From positions 32,001-96,000 of IMG/VR virus record IMGVR_UViG_3300028388_004019: 64,000 nt of DNA; one strand, written 5' to 3'. The DNA comes from a virus. The position numbers were made by a program, and so were the translations under genes. The notes under the pieces were generated by a model, which was given only the letters and a program-made list of their open reading frames with translations, did no database searches and was not told the DNA's origin. Of this stretch, positions 45,849 to 56,500 are shown in pieces (the stretch's first letter is position 1; every line of letters starts with the position of its first letter).

Positions 45849-48806
45849 TTAGATTACTTGTACCCATCCAAATGATTTTTTGATGTATACACCTTCATCA
45901 CCATCAGTTTGATATACTAACAAACCTGTCGCTGGTGAAGAAATAGCACCTCTCTGAGTCTCTGTCATTCTCGGGAAAAGGAAACCTTTCGTAGTCGATG
46001 ACACCTCAAGTACTGCTGAAGCAGCAGGTGCAGCAACCCCGATACCTACAGCACTTGCCGATTCATCAACAGAAAGTGTTGTTCCGTCAACCGTGAAATC
46101 ACCACCTGTGAACGCTAACGTGTTACTCGCCTGAGTCACTGTTCTAGCACCTGTTAACGTACCATTAGTATTAAAGATGTTCGTATTCACAGACGAACCA
46201 ACTGTAATGTCGATTGTCTTAGAACCACCTGAAATACTAACAGAACTATCCGTAGAGGTGAAAGTAATTGTATCTTCATTTGCATCTGCAACAACATTCG
46301 AACCAGCATCCACTCCGAATGTCTTGAAGAATTCTTGAGAAGAACCCAAATCAGAGTTTGTGATTGTAAAGTTAGGATACGTACCTGAAGTTGAAATACC
46401 CGAACCGTTTGATAAAGAAACTGTCTTATCGTAAAGATTAGTTGAACCTTCAGCAATATTATCAGAGTCCAAAGAAACCGCACCTGTCTGACCATTTACA
46501 GAAGTTACAGATTCAGTGTTATCAATCTTATCCCAAGTCGAACCGTTATAGAAAACAAAGTCACCAACTTCAAATGTCACAGAACCGTTACCTAAGTTCT
46601 GAGTACCACCTGTAGCTACACGGTATTGGTCACCCGAATTACCTGTATATGAAGGGTAAATGTCAGGTGTGTTAGTATTCGCATTCCACTCACCTTTGTA
46701 TTCAAACGCTGAAGAAGGTAATTGTGAAGAAGGTACTCTACCGTTAGCATCAAGAGATGCATAACCGTTAGATTGACCTTTTCTTGATACAACTTCAACA
46801 AATGTATCATCAACAGAAATAACCAACGTATCTGTAGACTGAGCAACAGTATCAATACCGTTACCACCTGAGAACGTTGATGTATCACCCAACTCTAATG
46901 TTTGTGTACCTGAGTCACCCGCCAATGTTAATGATGAGTTCGCTAATTTAGCGTTAGTAACAGAAGAGTTTACTAATTGTGAACCGTTTATTGTTTTGTT
47001 TGTAAGTGTTTGTGAACCTGATGTTGTCACAACCGTATTGTCAATCGCCAATGTAACGGTACCTGATGACTCAGTTGAGTCGATACCTGTACCACCCGCA
47101 ATTGTTAATGTACCACCCAAATCGATATTTGATGAGTTAGAACCATCTGTAACAGAAATTGATGAGTTTTCCAATTTAGCATTTGTTACACCACCATCAA
47201 CTAATTCTGCAGTATCAACAGTGTTTGCTGCCAATGAAGATGATAAAGCTACGTTACCAGTACCATCAAATGAAATTGCCGATGCTGTGATATCACCAGT
47301 GATAGAGAAGTTTCTTCCTGTCGCTAGTGCAGTCGCGGTATCTGCATTACCTGTCAAATCACCCGTTACATCACCCGTTAAATCACCTTCGAACGCCGTT
47401 GATGTTACCGAAGTTAAACCTGCAAGTGTAGTTGACGAAGCACCTAAGTCGATACTCGTCGTACCAACTGTGATACTATCATTTACCAATGCAGAATTAG
47501 GAATGTTAGTCCAAATGTCAGAAACTGTGAAATCAGTATCTGCATTATTAGTGAATGTAATCGTACCAGATGAGAATGTACCACCCGTTACAAATGTGTC
47601 AACACCAGCACCGACAGAGATATCAAATGTGTCAGATGTTGAGTTACCTGAAATCACAACAGAGTTATTACTCGATTGGAAAGTCAACGTACCACCCAAG
47701 TCTACTACAGGGTTTGTACCTGAAGTACCTGCGAATGTTACTGATGAGTTTGCTAATTTAGCGTTTGTTACATCACCATCTACAATCTTAGCTGTAGTAA
47801 CAGCGTCATCAGCCAATTCTGTAGTATCAACAACACCAGCCGCTATTGATGAACTCAATGCAACGTTACCAGTACCATCAAATGAAATTGCTGATGCGGT
47901 GATATCACCTGTAATTGAGAAGTCTCTTCCCGTTTCCAATGCAGTCGCAGTATCAGCGTTACCAGTCACATCACCCGTTAAATCACCTTCGAACGCCGTT
48001 GACGTTACCGATGTTAACCCAGCTAAAGTAGTTGATGAACTACCTAATGCAATCGCGGTTGTACCAACCGTAATTTCGTCACTATCTAAACCAATGGTGA
48101 TTGTGGACGTACCATTACTCTCAGTAGAAATACCTGTACCACCTAATATGTTAATACCTGTTTCTAAGTTAATAGTACCAGAAGAACCTGAATCACCATC
48201 AAAATACCATCTGAAAGAATCTAAGTTGAATGAGTTACCATCATTTCTAGTGATTGTCAAATCACCATTTGATAATGTCATTCCAGTTGAGAATGTATCC
48301 GCACCATCTAATCCTGTAATTTCGATGTCCGTTTCCAATCCATCGTTTATACCCAATGTTAGGGTTGAAGTACCTGAGTTATAAGTACCACCAGTAATGA
48401 ACGGTAATGCAATTGGTGTTGAACCAATTGTACCCGTCCCATCTAGTGCAATGTCGTATGCACTACTGTATGTCACCGCCGTTACCGCTTGAACCGTCAA
48501 GTTAGAGGTATCTCCATCAACATCTGTCAAAGTAACAACGTTATCTGAAATAGAACCACCAACTAACACATCGCTGCGATAAGACACGACACCGTTTGTG
48601 TTGGTCACCAAAACACGTCCATTCGTGCTAGATGCCAAATCTCTAATCCTCAAAGGAGTAGAGGTCGAACCAGAAATGTCCACTAAGTTTGTTGGAGATA
48701 ATACACCAAAACCGTGGTTACCACTCGAATCAATAACTTCTCTTTTTACGTCATTGGTAGTGAATGATAATTCATTACTGGAATTGTAATTTAAGCCGTT
48801 TGACAT
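45849..48806 (-). CDS. tail-fibre-like protein (985 aa)
   Basis: Fibre repeats shared with 42355..45744, YASLDANGRVPSSQLP, and C-terminal STTKGFLFPRMT..QR.AISSPATGLLVY domain. Confidence 0.75.
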   Translation of the reverse strand: MSNGLNYNSSNELSFTTNDVKREVIDSSGNHGFGVLSPTNLVDISGSTSTPLRIRDLASSTNGRVLVTNTNGVVSYRSDVLVGGSISDNVVTLTDVDGDTSNLTVQAVTAVTYSSAYDIALDGTGTIGSTPIALPFITGGTYNSGTSTLTLGINDGLETDIEITGLDGADTFSTGMTLSNGDLTITRNDGNSFNLDSFRWYFDGDSGSSGTINLETGINILGGTGISTESNGTSTITIGLDSDEITVGTTAIALGSSSTTLAGLTSVTSTAFEGDLTGDVTGNADTATALETGRDFSITGDITASAISFDGTGNVALSSSIAAGVVDTTELADDAVTTAKIVDGDVTNAKLANSSVTFAGTSGTNPVVDLGGTLTFQSSNNSVVISGNSTSDTFDISVGAGVDTFVTGGTFSSGTITFTNNADTDFTVSDIWTNIPNSALVNDSITVGTTSIDLGASSTTLAGLTSVTSTAFEGDLTGDVTGDLTGNADTATALATGRNFSITGDITASAISFDGTGNVALSSSLAANTVDTAELVDGGVTNAKLENSSISVTDGSNSSNIDLGGTLTIAGGTGIDSTESSGTVTLAIDNTVVTTSGSQTLTNKTINGSQLVNSSVTNAKLANSSLTLAGDSGTQTLELGDTSTFSGGNGIDTVAQSTDTLVISVDDTFVEVVSRKGQSNGYASLDANGRVPSSQLPSSAFEYKGEWNANTNTPDIYPSYTGNSGDQYRVATGGTQNLGNGSVTFEVGDFVFYNGSTWDKIDNTESVTSVNGQTGAVSLDSDNIAEGSTNLYDKTVSLSNGSGISTSGTYPNFTITNSDLGSSQEFFKTFGVDAGSNVVADANEDTITFTSTDSSVSISGGSKTIDITVGSSVNTNIFNTNGTLTGARTVTQASNTLAFTGGDFTVDGTTLSVDESASAVGIGVAAPAASAVLEVSSTTKGFLFPRMTETQRGAISSPATGLLVYQTDGDEGVYIKKSFGWVQVI

Positions 48807-48854
48807 TGTCTTAAAATTTTTTTTGTTAGTTTATGTTTATTCCCTTAAAAAGGC

Positions 48855-50522
48855 TTATAATACGTTCACCCATCCTAAAGACTTGTACATGTACATACCC
48901 TCTTCCCCATCGGAATCAGTATTAGTACAATACACTATCAATCCTGCGATTGGTGAACTTATAGCTAATCTCTGTGCTTGAGTCATCCTTGGTATCAGAA
49001 GACCCTGATTAGTGCTTGCTAATTCTAATAAAGCACAGACTGGTGATGTCGTATTGGTACCCATTGATACCGAACCACCACTAAATGTTAAACTATTAGA
49101 GTCTTGGTCAACAACTCTATTACTTTCTAATTGACCGTCAGCACTGTATAAGTTACCAGTCGTTGTGAAACCAGTAATATCTACAGAACCGTTTGTATTA
49201 TCTAATAGGGATAAGGTACCATTACTTAGTGTACCTCCTGTTATTTCAGGTGCAAAACCTCCAACACTAAACTCCGTACCATCGTTCATACCCAACGTCA
49301 AAGTAGTTGGAGTATATGTAGCACCTGTTAAATAAGTGTCGTCTGAGTCAAGACCTGTTATTGTAATATCTGTTTCTAAACCATCATTGATGTTCAAGGT
49401 AAGATTACCCGAAGAATATGTACCACCGGTAATGAATGGTAATTCAACCGCAGGTGCAGATACTCCTGTTGAAGTTCCTGATAGTGCCCAAACATTTTTA
49501 CCTAAACCTGTTACGGCATCAACAGTGAGTGATGTCGTTGAATTATCATTGAGCGTGACTGTGAATACATTACTACTTTCTGTGACGGTTTTAACGTAAC
49601 TCCAACCAGTGATATCAACATCATTATCATCATTTCTCGAAAGGGATAAAGTACCTGTCGTTTCGGTGTAAGTACCACCTGTTATATATGTATCTGATTC
49701 GACTGTGGTGAAACCTGTTACAACAATATCATCACCAACATTCTTGATTAGGGTAAGTGTGTCCCCAACTAAAGTAGCATTAGAAAGTGCGGTGAAACCA
49801 GTAATATCAACATTGGAGTCATCATTTAGACTCAATTGTAAAGTACCTTGTGAGTTATAAGTTACGGTACCACCAGTAATATAAGTATCAGAACCACCAC
49901 CAGTTGTAAACCCTGTAACATTGATAGTTCCACCTGTATTATTTTCAAGACTTAATGTACCAGTTCCTGAGTTATATGTACCACCTGTAATTTGCCAGTC
50001 AGTACCATAAAAGATTCTCCAACGAGCATTGTCTCTTGTAACACCACTTACACCTTCAATTGAGGAGTCTAACCATGCATCGATGAAATCCTCACCACCA
50101 GTTGTAGACGTAGAGATAGTGGTACCGTTATCACTCTCGGTGGTAGAACCACTCGCACCGTCCCATAAAGTTTCGAAGTTTGGTATAGTATACTGATAAG
50201 TTTTTTGTGTTTCGTGTACGTACACCAACATACCAAGTCTTCTACGACCTGATGAAATATTATCAGAGTTTAGTGTAAGGTTATCAGGTAAGAAGGGTAA
50301 TGTTCTCTTATTGTATTGAATTGGAATGGTATTTCCTGTGAATTCTATAAGACCAGTTTCACCACTCGGTATAGTAAATTTCAAGTCATCGAGAGTATAT
50401 ACCTCCATGTAACCACCAGTCTGTAATACACTGAAATTAGTACCATAAACTTTTTGTCTTTCCGCGGCATTTGTACCTGTTAAGTTGGTCGTTGACGTTG
50501 GATTTTTATATACGAAACTCAT
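48855..50522 (-). CDS. fibre or structural protein with ITGGTY repeats and a PRMT..QR C-terminal domain
   Basis: Repeated YITGGTY...GTL.L..ND units; the C-terminus is paralogous to that of 45849..48806. TATTTAT at 50537-50543. Confidence 0.7.
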   Translation of the reverse strand: MSFVYKNPTSTTNLTGTNAAERQKVYGTNFSVLQTGGYMEVYTLDDLKFTIPSGETGLIEFTGNTIPIQYNKRTLPFLPDNLTLNSDNISSGRRRLGMLVYVHETQKTYQYTIPNFETLWDGASGSTTESDNGTTISTSTTGGEDFIDAWLDSSIEGVSGVTRDNARWRIFYGTDWQITGGTYNSGTGTLSLENNTGGTINVTGFTTGGGSDTYITGGTVTYNSQGTLQLSLNDDSNVDITGFTALSNATLVGDTLTLIKNVGDDIVVTGFTTVESDTYITGGTYTETTGTLSLSRNDDNDVDITGWSYVKTVTESSNVFTVTLNDNSTTSLTVDAVTGLGKNVWALSGTSTGVSAPAVELPFITGGTYSSGNLTLNINDGLETDITITGLDSDDTYLTGATYTPTTLTLGMNDGTEFSVGGFAPEITGGTLSNGTLSLLDNTNGSVDITGFTTTGNLYSADGQLESNRVVDQDSNSLTFSGGSVSMGTNTTSPVCALLELASTNQGLLIPRMTQAQRLAISSPIAGLIVYCTNTDSDGEEGMYMYKSLGWVNVL

Positions 50523-50547
50523 TCCCCTTTTTAATTATAAATATTCA

Positions 50548-53481
50548 TTAATTCACCAACCCACCTTTAAAGTAGAGAGTTGTTGAACTGTTATCCAATC
50601 TAAAGTCTTGCGACGAGTATGTTGTGTATATTCTATACGTACCATTAGCGAATCCAGTAGGATTAGTAACAGTATAAGTGTAATAAGAAGAGGTCAACGA
50701 ACGAGCTGTTAAGTTAGATGAACCTTGACCATTCGAATTTTCTATTTCCCGTACTCTATTAGCAGTTCCAGCACCACCGATAGACTCATCAGCAATAATC
50801 CATGTGTACCAAGCGTCACCTGATACTGTTCCTGAATTAATCTCAGTAGTAACAAATTTGTATTGTTCAATAGCATTACCAAATGAATCGTTACCACCTC
50901 CTGACTGAGGCACTGTCGCCGTCACAATTGAAGGTACATTACCTGTCCCAGCATTTTGGTTGTAGTAAGATAAGTACGAACCTAAATCAGAAGAACTTGT
51001 CGGACCACTACCATTGGTAAATCCATACCACGAAGCACCAGCATTAAACATGAACGTTCCGATTTCTGATGCGTCTGAATCAGGTTCAATCAATAGATAA
51101 GCGTTAGGAACACTTGCAGTTGATGGTGACACAGTCGGTGTCACTGTATTAGTTGGCGTCAATGATACTGTAGCGGTCGGCGATGCCGTCACTGATGGTG
51201 TTGGTGTTAATGAAGTCGAAGGTGTGACCGATGGTGTTGCGGTTACAGTTGGTGTTACAGTATTAGAAGGAGTAACAGTCGTTGTCGGTGTATTTGTTGG
51301 AGTAGGTGTTGGTGTTTCAGTACCTGCTGGTGTACTCGACGGAGTAACTGAAGGTGTGACTGTATTAGTTGGTGTATTCGTATTCGTTGGTTGTGGAGTA
51401 AACGATGGTGTTGGTGTCACCGTATTAGACGGAGTCACTGTATTCGTAGGTGTATTCGTTGGTGTTATACTCGGTGTCACCGATGATGTTGGTGTATTTG
51501 TTGGCGTAATGGTTGGCGTCACCGATGAAGTAACGGATGGAGTCACTGAAGGAGTAACCGAGTGAGTTGGTGTGTTTGTTGGTGTTATTGTTGGTGTCAC
51601 ACTTGCGGTCAACGATTGAGTTGGCGTAATCGATGGTGTCACCGACGCCGTCGGAGTATTTGTCGGGGTTCTTGTAGGTGTAACAGAAGCTGTCACTGAT
51701 GGTGTTATAGTTTGAGTTGGAGTATAAGAAGCCGTCACTGTAGGTGTTACACTTGCAGTAGGTGTGTTTGTTGGTGTCACTGCAGGTGTACTTGTCGGCG
51801 TGACTGAACTTGTTGGTGTATTTGTTGGTGTTGAACCAGGTGTCGATGTTGGAGTAATACTTGATGTTGGCGTATTTGTCGGTGTACCACCTGGCGTTCC
51901 TGATGGCGTGACAGTTTGCGTAGGAGTATTTGTCGGACTCACGGCCGGTGTTCCTGATGGAGTTACAGTCTGTGTTGGAGTACTTGTTGGAGTACCACCA
52001 GGTGTTTCTGATGGAGTTACTGTCTGTGTTGGAGTATTTGTTGGTGTACCACCTGGTGTTTCTGATGGAGTTAGAGTTTGTGTTGGAGTATTGGTAGGAG
52101 TTACTGATAAAGTAATTGACGGAGTCACAGTTTGAGTTGGGGTACTTGTTGGTGTACCACCAGGTGTTTCTGATGGTGTAACACTTGATGTTGGCGTAGA
52201 AGTAGGAGTTATAGAAGAGGTTACTGTCGGTGTATTTGTAGCAGTATTCGATGGTGTCAATGTTGCGGTTGCCTGTGGAGTTGAAGTTGGCGTACTTGAA
52301 ACAGATACTGATGGTGTTACTGTCGGAGTTGAAGTGTATGTTACTGTTGGCGTAGGAGTAGCAGTTTGACTCGATGCAGGAGTACTTGAAACAGATACTG
52401 ATGGTGTTACTGTAGGAGTTGAAGTAAATGTAGGTGACGGCGTTGGACTCACACCACCTGTTGGAGTTAATGATACAGTACGTGTCGGTTGTGGAGTATT
52501 CGTTACTGATGGAGTCACGGATGATGTGACAGTCACTGTCGGAGTTGGTGTTGCAGTATTTGTAGGTGTTGATGTCGGCGTTGTCGTTACAGTAGCCGAA
52601 GGTGTTGATGTTGGTGTAGAAGTTACTGAGACTGATGGTGTCACCGATGGTGTCGCAGTATTTGTTGGCGTTGAAGTTGGTGTTACTGATGATGTAGGGG
52701 TATTGGTCGGTGTTACGGATGAAGTTGGTGTATTTGTCGGAGTAACTGATGGCGTACTTGTTGGTGTGACATTTATTGTTGAAGTTGGCGTATTCGTAGG
52801 AGTCACCGTACTCGTTATAGTATTTGTTGGAGTAGGTGTAGCCGTGACACCGATAGAAGGGGTGACCGAAGCAGTCGGAGTCGGACTCAATGATGTTGTC
52901 GGGGTTGGAGATGGAGTACCTGAGAATTGGTAATCCTCACTCACTGTAAAGTTATTACCTGCAGGTACACCATTAAACGTAAAACCACTAAAGATAACAT
53001 CACCTCTATCAATCAACTCATAGTTTTCAGATGTGGCAGTCAATGCAGTACTCGCCGATAACGCACCTACTGGTACATTAATAGTAGGAGTAAACGTAAT
53101 GTAACCACCCGTAGTCTTACCAATTAAGTTAGTAAAGGCAACTGCTAAATTAGAAGTTTGTCTTACATTAGATTCTACAGTATATCTAGCAACTACAGAA
53201 CCTGGCTCATATTCTGTAGTAATCGTGATAACTTCAGTATCACCATAAATGATGATTTGTTTAGTGACTGTTTGGTCGTCACAGTCAGGCTGATTGTTTT
53301 CGAATGTTAAAGAGTACTGAGTACCTCCTGAGGTAGCAGGGAAATCATACGTCACCCCAGCAACCAATTGGTCACGAGTTTGACCTGTTAATATTGGTGT
53401 TGTAGACGTTGAACCTGTATATATACTGAAGGGACCAAGAGCGTTACTCCCCAATGTTAATCTTAATACAACCTGAGCCAT
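50548..53481 (-). CDS. Thr/Pro-rich mucin-like protein (977 aa)
   Basis: About 600 aa of TPTxTx hexads between globular N- and C-terminal domains; TATTTAT at 53497-53503. Confidence 0.85.
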   Translation of the reverse strand: MAQVVLRLTLGSNALGPFSIYTGSTSTTPILTGQTRDQLVAGVTYDFPATSGGTQYSLTFENNQPDCDDQTVTKQIIIYGDTEVITITTEYEPGSVVARYTVESNVRQTSNLAVAFTNLIGKTTGGYITFTPTINVPVGALSASTALTATSENYELIDRGDVIFSGFTFNGVPAGNNFTVSEDYQFSGTPSPTPTTSLSPTPTASVTPSIGVTATPTPTNTITSTVTPTNTPTSTINVTPTSTPSVTPTNTPTSSVTPTNTPTSSVTPTSTPTNTATPSVTPSVSVTSTPTSTPSATVTTTPTSTPTNTATPTPTVTVTSSVTPSVTNTPQPTRTVSLTPTGGVSPTPSPTFTSTPTVTPSVSVSSTPASSQTATPTPTVTYTSTPTVTPSVSVSSTPTSTPQATATLTPSNTATNTPTVTSSITPTSTPTSSVTPSETPGGTPTSTPTQTVTPSITLSVTPTNTPTQTLTPSETPGGTPTNTPTQTVTPSETPGGTPTSTPTQTVTPSGTPAVSPTNTPTQTVTPSGTPGGTPTNTPTSSITPTSTPGSTPTNTPTSSVTPTSTPAVTPTNTPTASVTPTVTASYTPTQTITPSVTASVTPTRTPTNTPTASVTPSITPTQSLTASVTPTITPTNTPTHSVTPSVTPSVTSSVTPTITPTNTPTSSVTPSITPTNTPTNTVTPSNTVTPTPSFTPQPTNTNTPTNTVTPSVTPSSTPAGTETPTPTPTNTPTTTVTPSNTVTPTVTATPSVTPSTSLTPTPSVTASPTATVSLTPTNTVTPTVSPSTASVPNAYLLIEPDSDASEIGTFMFNAGASWYGFTNGSGPTSSSDLGSYLSYYNQNAGTGNVPSIVTATVPQSGGGNDSFGNAIEQYKFVTTEINSGTVSGDAWYTWIIADESIGGAGTANRVREIENSNGQGSSNLTARSLTSSYYTYTVTNPTGFANGTYRIYTTYSSQDFRLDNSSTTLYFKGGLVN

Positions 53482-53546
53482 TTAATTGTTTTAATAATAA
53501 ATAGTTTATAACCTATAAATTACCTAATAAATTACTTTACTTTTTA

Positions 53547-56500
53547 TTAGGGAGTCCATGGGAATCTCACTATAATAGAATTTTCATTACTATTATTCGG
53601 GTTGAAACTGTAAGATGCGGTCGCTGAATTACCATTAGCACTGTCCCTTACAACATAATTACCAAGGGTTATGTGACCTGTTTCAATAGCAGTTGTTGTT
53701 ATTGCTTCACCACATCCCGCACCTGTTGGTGTAGCATTCTGAACAGACACGTTAATGTTATCCGCAGTAGTCGCTTGGAAATTATTAGTACTTAACACAG
53801 GTAATGCATTACTATTTTTCGTAATTGTGACAACAACCGAGCCATTTTTAGTTATGGATGCAGTGAATTTGTCACAATCATTCTCACTAAGTGTCGATGA
53901 TACATAGACAGTAAAGGTCTCTAGTGGTGCCGAAGAAGAAACTGTTGGAGTCGGTGTAGGCGTTGCAGTTTCACTAATTGTTGGAGTCGGAGTTGGTGTT
54001 GAAGTTTCACTAGTCGACGGAGTAACAGTTGGTGTCGGAGTTGATGTTTCACTAATTGTTGGAGTCGGAGTCGGAGTTGATGTTTCACTAATTGTTGGAG
54101 TAACCGTATTTGTAGGTGTCGGAGTAAGAGTCGATGTCTCACTAATAGAAGGCGTAACAGTAACAGTTGATGACGGCGTATTAGTAACCGTTGGCGAAGA
54201 AGTCGGTGTTGAAGTATTTGTCGGAGTTGGTGTTTGAGTTGAGCCAGGTGTGTTAGATACTGAAGGTGTCACCGAAGAAGTAGGTGTCGGAGTAGGTGTT
54301 GATGTTTCACTAATTGTTGGTGTGACGGTAGGTGTTGCAGTTTGACTAACACCCGGTGTGTTCGAAACAGATACTGATGGTGTGTTAGTTGGTGTTACTG
54401 ATGGAGTATCAGATATTGATGGAGTCACAGTAACCGTTTGTGTTACAGTAGAAGTCAAAGTTGGTGTTTGAGTGACTGTTGGTGTTGGTGTTTGAGTCGA
54501 ACCAGGTGTCTGTGAGTTAGTCACCGTAGGTGTAATTGTCGATGTTGGAGTAGGTGTACTTGTTTCTGTTTGAGTTACAGATACTGTAGGGGTAGGTGTC
54601 TGACTTACACCAGGAGTATCCGATACAGTTACAGATGGAGTATTTGTCGGAGTAATTGATGATGTTACTGAAGGCGTTGGTGTCACAGTTTCAGTGGCTG
54701 CCGGTGTTGATGTTGGTGTTATTGATACAGAAGGAGTAACACTTACAGTAGGTGTTGGAGTTGCAGTATTACTAGGTGTTGGGGTAGGACTCGACGGTAC
54801 GTAACTACAATCTAAGTCGTATTCAATCAATACCTGAATATCAACAAATTCATTTGTTTCACAATCACCCGTAATTTTCACACTATTCTGTATTGGGTCA
54901 ACCTCGACTCCTTGTATTCCAACAAATAAAGAAATAACATCTTCGAGTAATTCTGCCCAAACGAAATCAGAAGGAACATCACTTAATGTATATCCCGTGT
55001 AGAAACTTCCTGTTGCAACTTGGCCGTCGTATGAAATATCGTAGTTGAAAATTGCACTGTTAAGTGTACAACCCGACACTCCCAAGTCATCTATCAAATC
55101 TAAGTACCCTTCATTTAATAAATCATAAAAACCTTTCTTGGTCATTGTGGTTGTACTGAAATCATCACTACATATTTCAACTATAGGGAATGAACTTACT
55201 ACTGTCTTTATATCCTGAACAATATATTGTGCGGAATCCTGACAACCATTACTATCAGTCACTAAAACTGAATAGGTACCCTCAGTTTCTGCACTTATAG
55301 TTGAACCTGTTGAACCATCATTCCACAGGTAAGTAAACGGAGCTGTACCACTCAACGTTGTTGCACTTAATACATCAGGTGTTGTGTATGTACCTGGCGT
55401 GACAGTTATAACTACGTTGACTCCAGTCGTTCCTGTGATGTTTATTGTCTCTGAAACACTACATCCCGCACCGTCCACAACTTGAAGTGTGTAACCACCT
55501 TCTTCAACATTATAGAATGTGTAAGCAGATAATGGGGTATCAATAATCGACTGACCATCTGAAAGAATGTAATCCAAAGGCGCTGTGTACCCACTACTCG
55601 GTACTACTTTGATGACACCACTACCACCATTACAAGTATCACCTGTTGTCGTAATAGTAAGTTCGAATTTAGGTGTCGCACTTACAGTAAACTCACCAGT
55701 GTAACAACATCCGTTACTTCCTTCTACTTTGTAGTCATAGGTATCAGAAATAAGATTAGTAAACTGTTGTTGTGTATTAGATGTAGTAACCGATTGTGTA
55801 CCACCTGAAGTCTGACCAGTATAACTGTAAGTGTAAGGACCACCATCACCAACAACTGTGATGGTAACATTACCCAAACTTCCACAGTTTACATAATCAA
55901 GTCTTGTATTCACACTTGTGATACCACCCAAATCACCAATATTAACATTATCAGTCAATGTACAGTTTGAACTATCAGTTATAGTGAATTCGAAATTCCC
56001 TGAAGAACAACCTGTAAAGGTAAATGTGGTGTCTGAAGTAGTACCTGAATATCCATTCTGTCCGGCGTAAGTGTATGGTGCTGTTCCACCACTGATATAG
56101 ACAGTCACCTGACCGTCCTCACTTAAACAACTTGTTGGCGTTGTCGTATAAGAAAGTAGACTTATACCATTGGCCACATTTACCGTGGCAGATTTAATGA
56201 GTTCACAATTGTTACTATCTGTAACTGTTACTGAATACGTACCACCACTTAAATTAGAAATCGTATCACCAGTCGCACCATTTGACCATAAATAAGTGTA
56301 AGGTGAAGAACCTGTAAGTCCCGTAATTTCAATAGCCCCCGTATTGACCCCGCAAGAAGAAGTACCTGTTACAGAAAGACCATAATCTAACGAACTTACA
56401 CCTGATAAAGTCACAGTTGAAGTTTGACCCGTAGCACCACCGTAATCTTCTATGGTTGCATAGTATTCACCATTTGGTAGGTTTTCATATATAGTCGGAT

